NCBI GenBank assembly: GCA_944384735.1
Contig: CALWUN010000001.1
Location: 30,464 to 94,463 of the forward strand
Direction of reading: 5' to 3'
From: an uncultured Agathobaculum sp.
GTDB lineage: Bacteria; Bacillota; Clostridia; Oscillospirales; Butyricicoccaceae
Length of the DNA: 64,000 bases
Numbering within the stretch: the first letter of the stretch is position 1; the number at the start of each line of letters is the position of its first letter. This document shows, piece by piece, positions 37,201 to 45,681 of this stretch. The notes below the pieces were generated by a model that was not told the DNA's origin, ran no database searches, and saw only the letters and a list, made by a program, of their open reading frames with translations. Both the position numbers and the translations under genes were made by a program.

Positions 37201-39609
37201 TTACCGTCCGCGCCGGACGCGCTCCATACGCAGGCGCTTTTCCATCTGGTTGTATACCTTATCCGAAATCGTGCCCAGCTGCCGCGCCAGCGTGCGGTTG
37301 ATCAGCTCGGTCACATCCTCGCTCATGCGCTCGACCGTTGTGTGCTGGGTCTGCTCGATCTGCCGGGTGTCTACGTGCTCCTGCTTCTCGGTGATCTGGG
37401 TCTGCTCCAGCTGTCGCACGGTCTGCCGCTGCTGCTCGAGCTGCTCGATCAGCTCCTCGCTGACCGCGCGCTGCTCGGTCTTATGCACGAGCGGCAACGG
37501 TGCGGGAGCCGTATCCGGCTGCTGCACCGGCCGCACGGCCTGCTGCGGCAGTGCGTGCCGCACCACCTCCTGCGCGGCCTCGTGCACCAGCGCCTGCCGG
37601 GCTTCATCCGGCACCTGCGCATGCACCAGCTCCTCGGATGCCTGCGCCTCCTCAGCCGCCGCAGCGTTGAACGCGGCGGGCGTCGCCGCCTGCAGCTGCA
37701 TGGGCAACCCTGCGGCGGGATTGGCTTCATACTGCATCACCGCTTCGAGCATGCGCCGCGTCGGCTCATCCGCCTGACTGAGCAGCGTGCGCGCATCCGG
37801 CGATAATTGCAGCTTGGGCTGCTCCGGCGCGGGCTGGGACAACAGCTCATCCAACACCTGTTCCGGATGGTCGAGCGCACGCAGCGCGTCGTTGATCACG
37901 CGGCCGGTGTCTGCCTGCCGCGTCTCGCTACGCTGCTGCCGGAGTTCCCGGATACGGGCGCGCTGCACCCGTTCGAGCATTTCCCGGTTGCGCTGGTCGA
38001 TCAGGTCAAGCTGCTCACGCAGCGTGTGCGTGCTGGACTGCTCGGTCTGCCGTTGGGTCAGTTCCATCTGCCGCACGGTCTGCTCGGTGTGCTCGGTTTG
38101 CGTTTGCTGCGTCTGCTCGCTTGTCCGTTCACTCTGATAGGTCGAGCGCATGCGGCGGATGTGTTCCAGCACCTCGCGCGCGCGGTGCGCCAACGTATTG
38201 CTTTCGCTGACGGTATTCGTCTGTTCGGTCTGCTCCTGCGTATGCTCGGCTGTTTCAGCCGTACGCAGCGTTTCGGTCAGGATATGCTGCATTTGCAGCT
38301 GGCTGACCCTGCCGTACCGCTGCCGCACCTCCCGCACACGCTGCTGATAATATTGCTCCAGCGTTTCGCGCGTGGTCTGGTCCAGCCGGTCGAACTGCTC
38401 GCGCAGCGTCTCCTGCAGCGCCTCGACCGGCAGCTCAATCATCCCGCCCCCGCCGCCTTCCGGCGGCAGCATGGTCAGCGACAACGCCTGCTGCGTCTGC
38501 TGCAGCAGCATATCGCCCAGCTGGATCTGCGTTTGCTGTGTCTGTTCGCTGCGGTTGAGCAGCTGCTCCAGCAGGTTGTATTCCTGTGTCAGCTGGGTCG
38601 TGCTGCGCTCGTCCCGCTGCAGCGTGACGCCGCCATGAGCCGGCGCCTGCGCATACCAGTTTTCAAAGCGGAACACTGTGTTATCGATTGACTGCTGCAA
38701 TGCCTGCCGCAGGTCAAGGGTCAACCCGCCTTCGACAATGCCGCGGTGCAGCGCGATCGCCAAGGTCTTTTCCACCATGTTGTACAGCACCGCCTCGGAC
38801 AGACGGGCGAACACCTGCTCCTCATTTTCCGGCACGGGCAGTAAATCGCCGCGCTCGTAATGATTTTGCAGGTATTGCAGCGTCATCGGATGGCCGCGGT
38901 CGACCGTATGCTGCCGCAGCTCTGCCAGACGGAGCTGGCTGCCCGCCCGGAAATGCTCGGCAAGGCGCATCTCGCGCGTACCGACCCGCTCGGTCGTATG
39001 CATGGTGCTGGTCAGCAGCGCGCCGACCTCCTGGTAGATATCCGCGGTCTGCAAACGGCGGTAAATGTCGTTGTGCAGGAAATACCGCTCGCGCACGGTC
39101 TCCGTACCCTCAGCCTGCGGCGCTGGTGCGGCTGGACGCCTATCTGCTGCCGCAGCCTGCCCGTCCCCCGCCTGCCGGTTCTGATAAAGCTGGTACAGCG
39201 CGGTCAGCCGGTTAACGCTTTCGCCCTGCGCAAACAGCTGCCGCACCTGCCGCATGAACAGCGAAACATCGGTCACGCCCGCCTTGCGCAGCATGGATGA
39301 GATATATACCGTGTCCTGATAGGTAAACGGTGTGTTTTGCGTCAACAAAATGCGGTTGACAATGTTGTTGACCACCTCAAGCGACACACCCTGATACATG
39401 GACACGTTGTTCTGCGTGACCAGCGTGGTCATGCCGGGCGGCTCTTCGGTTTCCTCCGGCGGCGCGCTCATCAGCAAAAGCAGATCCTTGGGCGTAAACT
39501 GCACGGAAAGCAGGCTGTAATTCTGTCGGATGCGTTCGCTGAAGTCATCCTGCACCGCAATGCGCCCCGCTGCCGTTTGCAGCGGGATCGGTTCCTTGAA
39601 TGTCAGCAC
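37201..39609 (-). CDS. Gln/Glu/Thr-rich helical CIS protein (candidate tape measure/ruler)
   Basis: 802 aa, low-complexity TEQT-like repeats, C-terminal DKVYNQMEKRLRMERVRRG; lies between the tube and initiator genes. Confidence 0.55.
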   Translation of the reverse strand: MLTFKEPIPLQTAAGRIAVQDDFSERIRQNYSLLSVQFTPKDLLLLMSAPPEETEEPPGMTTLVTQNNVSMYQGVSLEVVNNIVNRILLTQNTPFTYQDTVYISSMLRKAGVTDVSLFMRQVRQLFAQGESVNRLTALYQLYQNRQAGDGQAAAADRRPAAPAPQAEGTETVRERYFLHNDIYRRLQTADIYQEVGALLTSTMHTTERVGTREMRLAEHFRAGSQLRLAELRQHTVDRGHPMTLQYLQNHYERGDLLPVPENEEQVFARLSEAVLYNMVEKTLAIALHRGIVEGGLTLDLRQALQQSIDNTVFRFENWYAQAPAHGGVTLQRDERSTTQLTQEYNLLEQLLNRSEQTQQTQIQLGDMLLQQTQQALSLTMLPPEGGGGGMIELPVEALQETLREQFDRLDQTTRETLEQYYQQRVREVRQRYGRVSQLQMQHILTETLRTAETAEHTQEQTEQTNTVSESNTLAHRAREVLEHIRRMRSTYQSERTSEQTQQTQTEHTEQTVRQMELTQRQTEQSSTHTLREQLDLIDQRNREMLERVQRARIRELRQQRSETRQADTGRVINDALRALDHPEQVLDELLSQPAPEQPKLQLSPDARTLLSQADEPTRRMLEAVMQYEANPAAGLPMQLQAATPAAFNAAAAEEAQASEELVHAQVPDEARQALVHEAAQEVVRHALPQQAVRPVQQPDTAPAPLPLVHKTEQRAVSEELIEQLEQQRQTVRQLEQTQITEKQEHVDTRQIEQTQHTTVERMSEDVTELINRTLARQLGTISDKVYNQMEKRLRMERVRRGR

Positions 39610-39612
39610 GGC

Positions 39613-40632
39613 TTAGCTCCCTTCACCGGATGCGGCGCCCGTATCCGGCTGCGACAGCGCCTGTTCGATCGCCTGCTCACGCGCCTGCTGGTCGGCCTCG
39701 GCCTGCCGCTCCCGGTCTGCCTCCAACGCGGCCTCATGCTGCGCACGCCGCTGTTGCGCGGCTTCGCCGGTCTGATCTTCGACCGCCTTCCGGTCTATTG
39801 CCGCCTGTGCCTCGCGTTCCGCGCGCAAGGCATCTTCTTCCGTCTGACGCGCCTTCTCCGCAGCGTCGCCTATCGCATCGTTGAGCGCCTGTTGATCTTT
39901 TTTCAGCTGCGCCTCACGCGCCAGCCGGTCTGCATCCGCTTGCTTGGCGTTTTCCTCCACCTGCTTCTGTGCCGCAGCCTGCGCTTCCTTCGCTTCGGTT
40001 TTTGCCGTCTCCATCATCTTCGACCGTTTGGGGTTCGGGTCGTTCGGCAGCAAGGAGATCGCCTCCGACCACGGGGCGTCCACGCAAAGCAGTTCGCGGT
40101 AGGCGATGGTCGTCGTCTCGATGAACAGGCCGGATTTCTCCGCATCCATCTGCCCATATTCCTTTTTGGTCACGGTGCAGCCGGTAAACGTGTACACGCG
40201 CGAAGCCGCGCCAAAACTATCAGGGGTGCGGCTGACCATCAGGATGACCGGCAGCAGCAGCTCCGCGCCGAGCGGCAACGGGTCGACATAATCCACGCCG
40301 ATATACCGCTCGACCTCAAAATAAAACGGTTTGCTGATTGGCTTGCGGCGCATATGCACATAATCGTTCAGGCCGCCCTCCTGGATCAGCTCAAATTCCA
40401 CCTCTTTGGAAAACGCCCGGATCGACCGGCATGGTAAATCCATCACCCCTTCGACGCGCAGCATAAAGTTATAGCTGGGCACCGGGCTCATGCCCGCGTT
40501 CAGCGCAACCGCATTGCCTGTGGTGATATTCCGGCTCCCGCTCGAGGCGACGCCGTATATTTCCTCAAAGCTCTGTGACGAAGAGGATGCTGCATCATCC
40601 GCCCCCGCGGGGTATGCCGTGTTATCCGCCAT
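39613..40632 (-). CDS. Second tail tube protein (gp19/Afp5-like) with a long charged C-terminal extension
   Basis: PVPSYNFML...EGGLNDYVH...IETTTIAY tube core, then about 140 aa rich in A/E/Q/K/R. Confidence 0.7.
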   Translation of the reverse strand: MADNTAYPAGADDAASSSSQSFEEIYGVASSGSRNITTGNAVALNAGMSPVPSYNFMLRVEGVMDLPCRSIRAFSKEVEFELIQEGGLNDYVHMRRKPISKPFYFEVERYIGVDYVDPLPLGAELLLPVILMVSRTPDSFGAASRVYTFTGCTVTKKEYGQMDAEKSGLFIETTTIAYRELLCVDAPWSEAISLLPNDPNPKRSKMMETAKTEAKEAQAAAQKQVEENAKQADADRLAREAQLKKDQQALNDAIGDAAEKARQTEEDALRAEREAQAAIDRKAVEDQTGEAAQQRRAQHEAALEADRERQAEADQQAREQAIEQALSQPDTGAASGEGS

Positions 40633-40652
40633 GCGTCATCCTCCTTTCCTCC

Positions 40653-40838
40653 TCATCGGCTGCGCCGTCCCAGTTCCACAATACTCTTTTCTTTGGGTTT
40701 ATTGTCCGAGGGCGTCAGACTGCTGTTGATCTGCGAGATCTCCTCACACCAGCGCCTGCGGCTGCTGTGGTCAAGCCGCATCACATCCTCGCTGCCCCAA
40801 TGGAAGTAATACGAGATAAAAGACATCTCGCGGTACAA
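40653..40838 (-). CDS. Small CIS protein (DUF6760-like; probable 'T' part of a tail assembly chaperone)
   Basis: YREMSFISYYFHW...RRRWCEEISQIN motif; true start uncertain (see frameshift finding). Confidence 0.75.
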   Translation of the reverse strand: MYREMSFISYYFHWGSEDVMRLDHSSRRRWCEEISQINSSLTPSDNKPKEKSIVELGRRSR

Positions 40839-40858
40839 CTCCTTTTCCGGATACAGCC

Positions 40859-41221
40859 TCAGCCCTCTTGTGTAAAATTTACCGGCGCCTCGAACACCTT
40901 GCCGCAGTCCGGGCAGACGACCGTCATCTTAGGCGGCTCCACATTGTTGATGCGCTGGTACATATCCTGCAAAAACGCCAGATCCGCCGTGAAAAAGCGC
41001 TCCACCGTCGTCGGCATGACGCTCTCCACGCCCTCCAGCTCGGTGATCACGCTGGCCAGCACAACGATCGTCAGATAAGACGGGTTGCTCAGCACGCGCG
41101 GGTCTCGCGTCGCGTTGATCTCGTCCCCGGCCGTCGCCAGACGCATCTTGCCGCGGCGGTGTACCTCGCCCGCCTTGTCGACAAAGCCCTTGGGCAGCTC
41201 AAAATCATAAACAGTGGTCAT
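40859..41221 (-). CDS. Tail assembly chaperone-like CIS protein
   Basis: FELPKGFVD..G.VHRRG.MRLATAGDEI...DLAFLQDMYQRIN with a C-terminal CPDC; directly after the tube gene. Confidence 0.8.
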   Translation of the reverse strand: MTTVYDFELPKGFVDKAGEVHRRGKMRLATAGDEINATRDPRVLSNPSYLTIVVLASVITELEGVESVMPTTVERFFTADLAFLQDMYQRINNVEPPKMTVVCPDCGKVFEAPVNFTQEG

Positions 41222-41340
41222 AGTTCCATTCCTCTCACAGTTGCAGCCGCAGGGCGCTTATGCCGCCCCTTGCGGAAAGCGGCGTGCGGCGCGCGCCGCG
41301 GTTTGCCCGCTGCGGCGCGCGCTGCCTGCCGAAAAAGGGT

Positions 41341-41838
41341 TTAGTTCGGGATCACCAGTTCCTCGTACGCGATCTCGACCGACTCAATGGCGACCTCGCT
41401 GGTCGACGCATTCAGGTCGGGGCCGTTGTACTTGCAGATCCATGCGTCGCGCAGGATCCACGACAGCGTGGAATCCTCGCTGCCGTCCACCAGCGCCTCG
41501 GGGGCGTCCTTGGTGACAATGTCGATCAGCTCGATGCTGACGTTGTGGCGGATATCCTCCTTGCGGTGCTCGGATACACATTCAGTGATCCATTCCTTGA
41601 AGTCCTGCCCGCGGGTGTAGCCCATTTTGAGCGTGATGTTGCCATGCTTGACCAGACCCGGGATCTTGACCGGCGCGAGCGAGCCAGAGTTGCCCTGACG
41701 GAACTCGATCACATCGACCGTGGCATCGATACCGGTGACCTCGCTGAACGCGGCAAAACCGCTGACCGAGTCGACCGTAACGATGAAGTTCATTTTAGTT
41801 AACGGATAGTACATACCCGAAGAATTCGTAACAGGCAT
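41341..41838 (-). CDS. Major tail tube protein (T4 gp19/Afp1-like)
   Basis: FSEVTG...IEFRQG...KIPG...NITLK.G...W...AW..KY.GP.LNA...VAIES.EIAYE. Confidence 0.92.
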   Translation of the reverse strand: MPVTNSSGMYYPLTKMNFIVTVDSVSGFAAFSEVTGIDATVDVIEFRQGNSGSLAPVKIPGLVKHGNITLKMGYTRGQDFKEWITECVSEHRKEDIRHNVSIELIDIVTKDAPEALVDGSEDSTLSWILRDAWICKYNGPDLNASTSEVAIESVEIAYEELVIPN

Positions 41839-41895
41839 TGATTATTCTCCTTTTCCGATCAGTAATGTCAAATGCTTCTGTGCGAAAGGGCGGCC

Positions 41896-43617
41896 TTATT
41901 CGGCAGCAGCCTCGCCGCCGCCACCGCCACCAGCGGACTCCGCGGTGAACTGCGTGACGCGGAAGATGACGAACTCGGCCGGGCGGCTCGGCGCAATGCC
42001 GATCTCGCAGATCAGGCGGCCGTTCATAATATCGTCCTGGCTCATGGTCGACGGGCCGATGTTGACGAAGAACGCCTCGTTCGGCGTATCGCCCGCCAGC
42101 ATGCCCGAGCGGAACATCGTTTCGAGGAAGGAGGATACCGTCATCTGCACGCGGCCCCACAGCGAAGAGTTGTTCGGCTCGAACACGACCCAGCCGGTAT
42201 TGTTGCGGATGGACTGCTCGACATAGATGAACAGACGGCGCACGTTGATATACTTGAACGCCGCGTTGCTCGAAGCGGTGCGCGCGCCCCAGACGCGGAT
42301 GCCCTGTCCGGGCAGCGCACGGATGAGGTTGACGCCGCGCGGGTTGAGGATATCCTGCTCGCGGGTGGTATAGTAGGTCGACAGGCCGGAGCACTGTACG
42401 GTTTCATTGGCCGGCGCCTTATGCACGCCGCGCGCCACATCGGTGCGCGCATATACGCCGCAAACCGCGCCGGACGGCGGCACAAAGCCGGGCTTCTTGG
42501 CCACCGGGTCGTACACCTGGATCCACGGATGGTACATCGCGGCATAGGTGCTGTCGATCATCTCGCGGTAACCGATCAAATCCTCGGTCTTGGTCATTTC
42601 CTGCGGCATGTCGATGACCGCAAAGCGGTTTTTCTCATTCTCGCAATGGGTAACCAGCGATACGACCACCTCCGGGATGGTCACGCCCGGCACCGCGATG
42701 ATGCTGACGATCGGGTTTTCCAAAAACGCCTGAATGCCGGTGCGCTTGGTCGGGCCGCCGTCGACGCCGATGAACACGCCCGCGTTGACCGCGGACAGCG
42801 AGCCGTCCGAGCCGCCGCTGAGGATGATCGTGCCGCTGGCCTTTTCCGGCCCCATGATCGCAGAAACCGGATTGACCAGTTCGTCGCTGTCCGCCAGCTC
42901 GACCGAAACGATCTGGCTGCTGGCCATGCGGCGCGGCAGATAATTGCTCGACAGCGGGTTGAGCGACAGGCCGGTATAGCTTTCCGCCTCGCCGTCCGCG
43001 CGGACGGTCACATCCAGTTCGAGCGAGTACACGACCGTCTTGGGTACGATGCCGATGTCAACCGGGTCGCCCGAGAACGGGCGCTCAAACGTCACCGTAT
43101 TGTCGAACACCGCGGCAATGCGGTTGACCTCGCCCGCAAACTCGACCAGATCGCCCTCGCCGAAGCCGGCGACCGACTTGGCGGTATAGACTGTGTCGTC
43201 CTCCTTGGCGACCAGCTGCATCTTGCGGCGGTTGGCGCTGGCCAGGGTCACGCGGATGCGGTTGCCCCAGCGGCCCTCATTGGCCGCGGTCAGCTTGAGG
43301 ATGCCCTGCTCAGCAGAAGCGATGGTCGCGTTTTCCGGTATGACGCGGGCGACATAGCAGCGCGTGCCGCCGTTGGCGAAGAACTGCTCGACGCTGTATG
43401 CGAGGTACCGGTATTCGCCGTGCGAGTACTCGCTCAGGTAGCCGCCGAACTGGCGGGTAAAATCGGCAAAGCTGGTGACCAGGCTGGGGGCGCCGATGGT
43501 CGGGCCTTTGACGGCCATGCCGACAAAGCCGGCGGTCGACGTGCCGACGCCCTCAATGGCGCGGGGCGTGGAGTCATATTCCTCTACATACACACCGGGA
43601 GATAAGTATTCAGCCAT
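41896..43617 (-). CDS. Contractile tail sheath protein (Afp2/3/4-like)
   Basis: YLSPGVYVEE, FFANGG, YHPWI, VPPSG.V.G.YARTD..RGVHKAPAN, VWGART, YINVRR, VFEPN and PAEFVIFR motifs. Confidence 0.96.
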   Translation of the reverse strand: MAEYLSPGVYVEEYDSTPRAIEGVGTSTAGFVGMAVKGPTIGAPSLVTSFADFTRQFGGYLSEYSHGEYRYLAYSVEQFFANGGTRCYVARVIPENATIASAEQGILKLTAANEGRWGNRIRVTLASANRRKMQLVAKEDDTVYTAKSVAGFGEGDLVEFAGEVNRIAAVFDNTVTFERPFSGDPVDIGIVPKTVVYSLELDVTVRADGEAESYTGLSLNPLSSNYLPRRMASSQIVSVELADSDELVNPVSAIMGPEKASGTIILSGGSDGSLSAVNAGVFIGVDGGPTKRTGIQAFLENPIVSIIAVPGVTIPEVVVSLVTHCENEKNRFAVIDMPQEMTKTEDLIGYREMIDSTYAAMYHPWIQVYDPVAKKPGFVPPSGAVCGVYARTDVARGVHKAPANETVQCSGLSTYYTTREQDILNPRGVNLIRALPGQGIRVWGARTASSNAAFKYINVRRLFIYVEQSIRNNTGWVVFEPNNSSLWGRVQMTVSSFLETMFRSGMLAGDTPNEAFFVNIGPSTMSQDDIMNGRLICEIGIAPSRPAEFVIFRVTQFTAESAGGGGGGEAAAE

Positions 43618-43662
43618 AATTTGTCCGGTTTTAAGAACGCTGTCTTAAAACCAGCCTCCTTT
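43618..43662 (-). promoter_or_regulatory. Sheath translation-initiation region: SD separated from ATG by a 12-bp hairpin
   Basis: Minus strand AAAGGAGG-CTGGTTTTAAGA-cagcgt-TCTTAAAACCGG-ACAAATT-ATG. Confidence 0.6.
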
Positions 43663-43867
43663 CTATGTTTTCAATTTAGGAAACGCATATTTTAGGGTTG
43701 TACCGCATGATGCGGTGCGAACGGTTTGCGCGCAGATTTTTTGTCTGGATGCGGCACGGTTTTGCAGCATACGGGATGTATCGCTGGCCTCCGCCGCAAC
43801 ATTCTGACCGAACCCCCGGCAAACCGCCGCAGGCGGCACCGTGCAGGACCGCCCATAGGCCGTTAGG

Positions 43868-44251
43868 CTAATAAACCACCTTGGTCTGTCCGGGGGACAC
43901 GATGCGGATGCACCCGCCATAGGAACAGGTGAGCGTAGCGTCGGTGGACAACGCCGGTTTCCCGCCGATCAGCGGCGTGCCCGCACAGGACCAGATGCCC
44001 GCCGGCACGGGGATGCACGGCATGGGCGTGAGCACACCCAGCGCCGCCGCCGTCGCAGCCGCGACCTGCGGGTTTGCCATCGAAGTGCACATGCCGCAGG
44101 GGGTCACATTGGTTGTGGGCGCTGCATCCGCAATCGTAGCTGCCGGCGCGCCGCCGACCAATACCGTTGTTTGCGAGGTGACGAGAAGCTGTCCCGGCGC
44201 CATGCCCATCGTGCATTGCACCGAAGCCCCCGAAACCACCGCTGTTGCCAT
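43868..44251 (-). CDS. DUF4280 PAAR-like spike tip protein
   Basis: GASVQCTMG, CGMCTSMANPQVAAATAAALGVLTPMPCIP and LTCSYGGCI..VSPGQ motifs. Confidence 0.88.
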   Translation of the reverse strand: MATAVVSGASVQCTMGMAPGQLLVTSQTTVLVGGAPAATIADAAPTTNVTPCGMCTSMANPQVAAATAAALGVLTPMPCIPVPAGIWSCAGTPLIGGKPALSTDATLTCSYGGCIRIVSPGQTKVVY

Positions 44252-44257
44252 AAGCTT

Positions 44258-45052
44258 TCACCCTCCTTTACATCGTTCCGCTCCGTCCTGCGCCTGTCCT
44301 GCAGGCGGGGAGCGGAGTGTGACAGAGTCCGGCAGTGCAAAATCGACCAGCTGGTAAAAATCCTTGCCGTCGCTGCGCCAGCGCACCAGCCATCTCCGGT
44401 CTGACGCGTCCTCCGGCACACGCAGCGCATAGCGGTCCTGCGGGAGCACCGCGCCCAGTATGCGCCTTGCCACCGGAAAGTAGTTGCCGAACGGTTGCTT
44501 CAGCGGCGCGGCCAGACGGAATTTCTGGTCGCTGCACCGCTCCACGATCTCGATCGGCTCATATCTGCAATCATCCGGGTTGACCACCGCGTAATATGTG
44601 CGGTCAAGCGCCAGATGGTGCGGATTAAATAAGTTCAGGATGCCGCGGCGCTCATCGTAGGTCTGCGCCAAACAGGCCGCGTCGGTCATGCGCACCGCGT
44701 CGATTTCCTCGATGCCCGGCCAAACGCCCTCCACCGTGCCGCACGGCCAGCGCGCAGCATAATCCTGATCCGGCACCAGATGGATCTCGGCCAGCGGCAT
44801 CGGACTGGCCAGCAGTTCCGGTGTCAGCTCCACCGTTTTGGGGTAAAACCGCCCTGCCTTGACTGCAAACGAGCATCCCTCCTGCGGGAAATCCAGAAAC
44901 ACCAGCTTGCCGTCCGGCCGGTGCATGGGAAAGACGGTCTTTCCGTTGCGCGTGAAACAGATATCGGCCTGCCCGACCTCCCGTCCGGTCGACGTGTCGA
45001 TCAGACGGACGACCAGCCCCGCGCGATGCCGGATAATCACCGTTGGCTCCAT
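44258..45052 (-). CDS. Hypothetical CIS-associated protein
   Basis: ATG after GGAGG; host-like composition; fills the gap between Pvc16 and DUF4280. Confidence 0.6.
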   Translation of the reverse strand: MEPTVIIRHRAGLVVRLIDTSTGREVGQADICFTRNGKTVFPMHRPDGKLVFLDFPQEGCSFAVKAGRFYPKTVELTPELLASPMPLAEIHLVPDQDYAARWPCGTVEGVWPGIEEIDAVRMTDAACLAQTYDERRGILNLFNPHHLALDRTYYAVVNPDDCRYEPIEIVERCSDQKFRLAAPLKQPFGNYFPVARRILGAVLPQDRYALRVPEDASDRRWLVRWRSDGKDFYQLVDFALPDSVTLRSPPAGQAQDGAERCKGG

Positions 45053-45085
45053 AGCATTCCTCCTTCGCACTCACAGGCGTCCGGT

Positions 45086-45661
45086 TTACCGCAGGTTCAG
45101 GCGGAACTCCGCATCGGTGACGCGCGGCGTATCCGCGAAGATTTCGCTGGACAGGAACACCGGCGCCGCCTTATAAAACAGGCTGACCTGATAGGGTTTG
45201 TTGATCGCCGACCAGACCCGCACCTTATCCTCCAGACTCATGCGGGCCGGGGAAAAGATGATGGGCGGCTCCTCGTCCTCCAGCCAGGCCTGCAGGGTGC
45301 GCGGCATGACCATCGAACTATCGTTGATGATCTGCGCGGCGCGGCCGATGATTTTCTGCACATCGCCGCCCTTGAGGCCCATCTGGGACGAGCCGTTGAG
45401 GAACAGCATATAGTACAGGCTGTACGGCCGGGACGGGCGGCGCAGCCGCGTGCGGCCGCTGCTGACCATCGCCGGGACGGCAACCTCGCCCTCCTCGCGC
45501 ACATCGTACAGGTACAGGCCGAGGATATAGTCCACATCGCTTTCCGCCGGGGTGGAAACCTCGATATTGTTGGGCGAAGGGATGGGCTCCGGACACATTT
45601 TTTCGCGCAGTGTGCGCACGATATAGTTGGAAACATCCGCTATGATCGGATAGTCCGCCAT
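45086..45661 (-). CDS. Pvc16/Afp16-like tail terminator (DUF4255)
   Basis: IADVS...LR...P...LGLYLYDVRE...LYYM...W...KPY..SL.Y...PV; ATG 45661 after GGAAAGG. Confidence 0.85.
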   Translation of the reverse strand: MADYPIIADVSNYIVRTLREKMCPEPIPSPNNIEVSTPAESDVDYILGLYLYDVREEGEVAVPAMVSSGRTRLRRPSRPYSLYYMLFLNGSSQMGLKGGDVQKIIGRAAQIINDSSMVMPRTLQAWLEDEEPPIIFSPARMSLEDKVRVWSAINKPYQVSLFYKAAPVFLSSEIFADTPRVTDAEFRLNLR

Positions 45662-45681
45662 GGTTTTCCTTTCCTCCCCTT

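Noticed and set aside
43663-43867. Sporulation-sigma promoter or direct-repeat operator upstream of the sheath gene
   Set aside because: Only loose repeats (GCAAAACCGT...CCGCATC) and no convincing consensus. An internal promoter is plausible but not supportable from sequence alone.
26665-45661. Prophage
   Set aside because: Only tail-type genes; no capsid, portal, terminase, integrase, replication or lysis genes recognised. Pvc16 and the Afp15-like ATPase point to a CIS.
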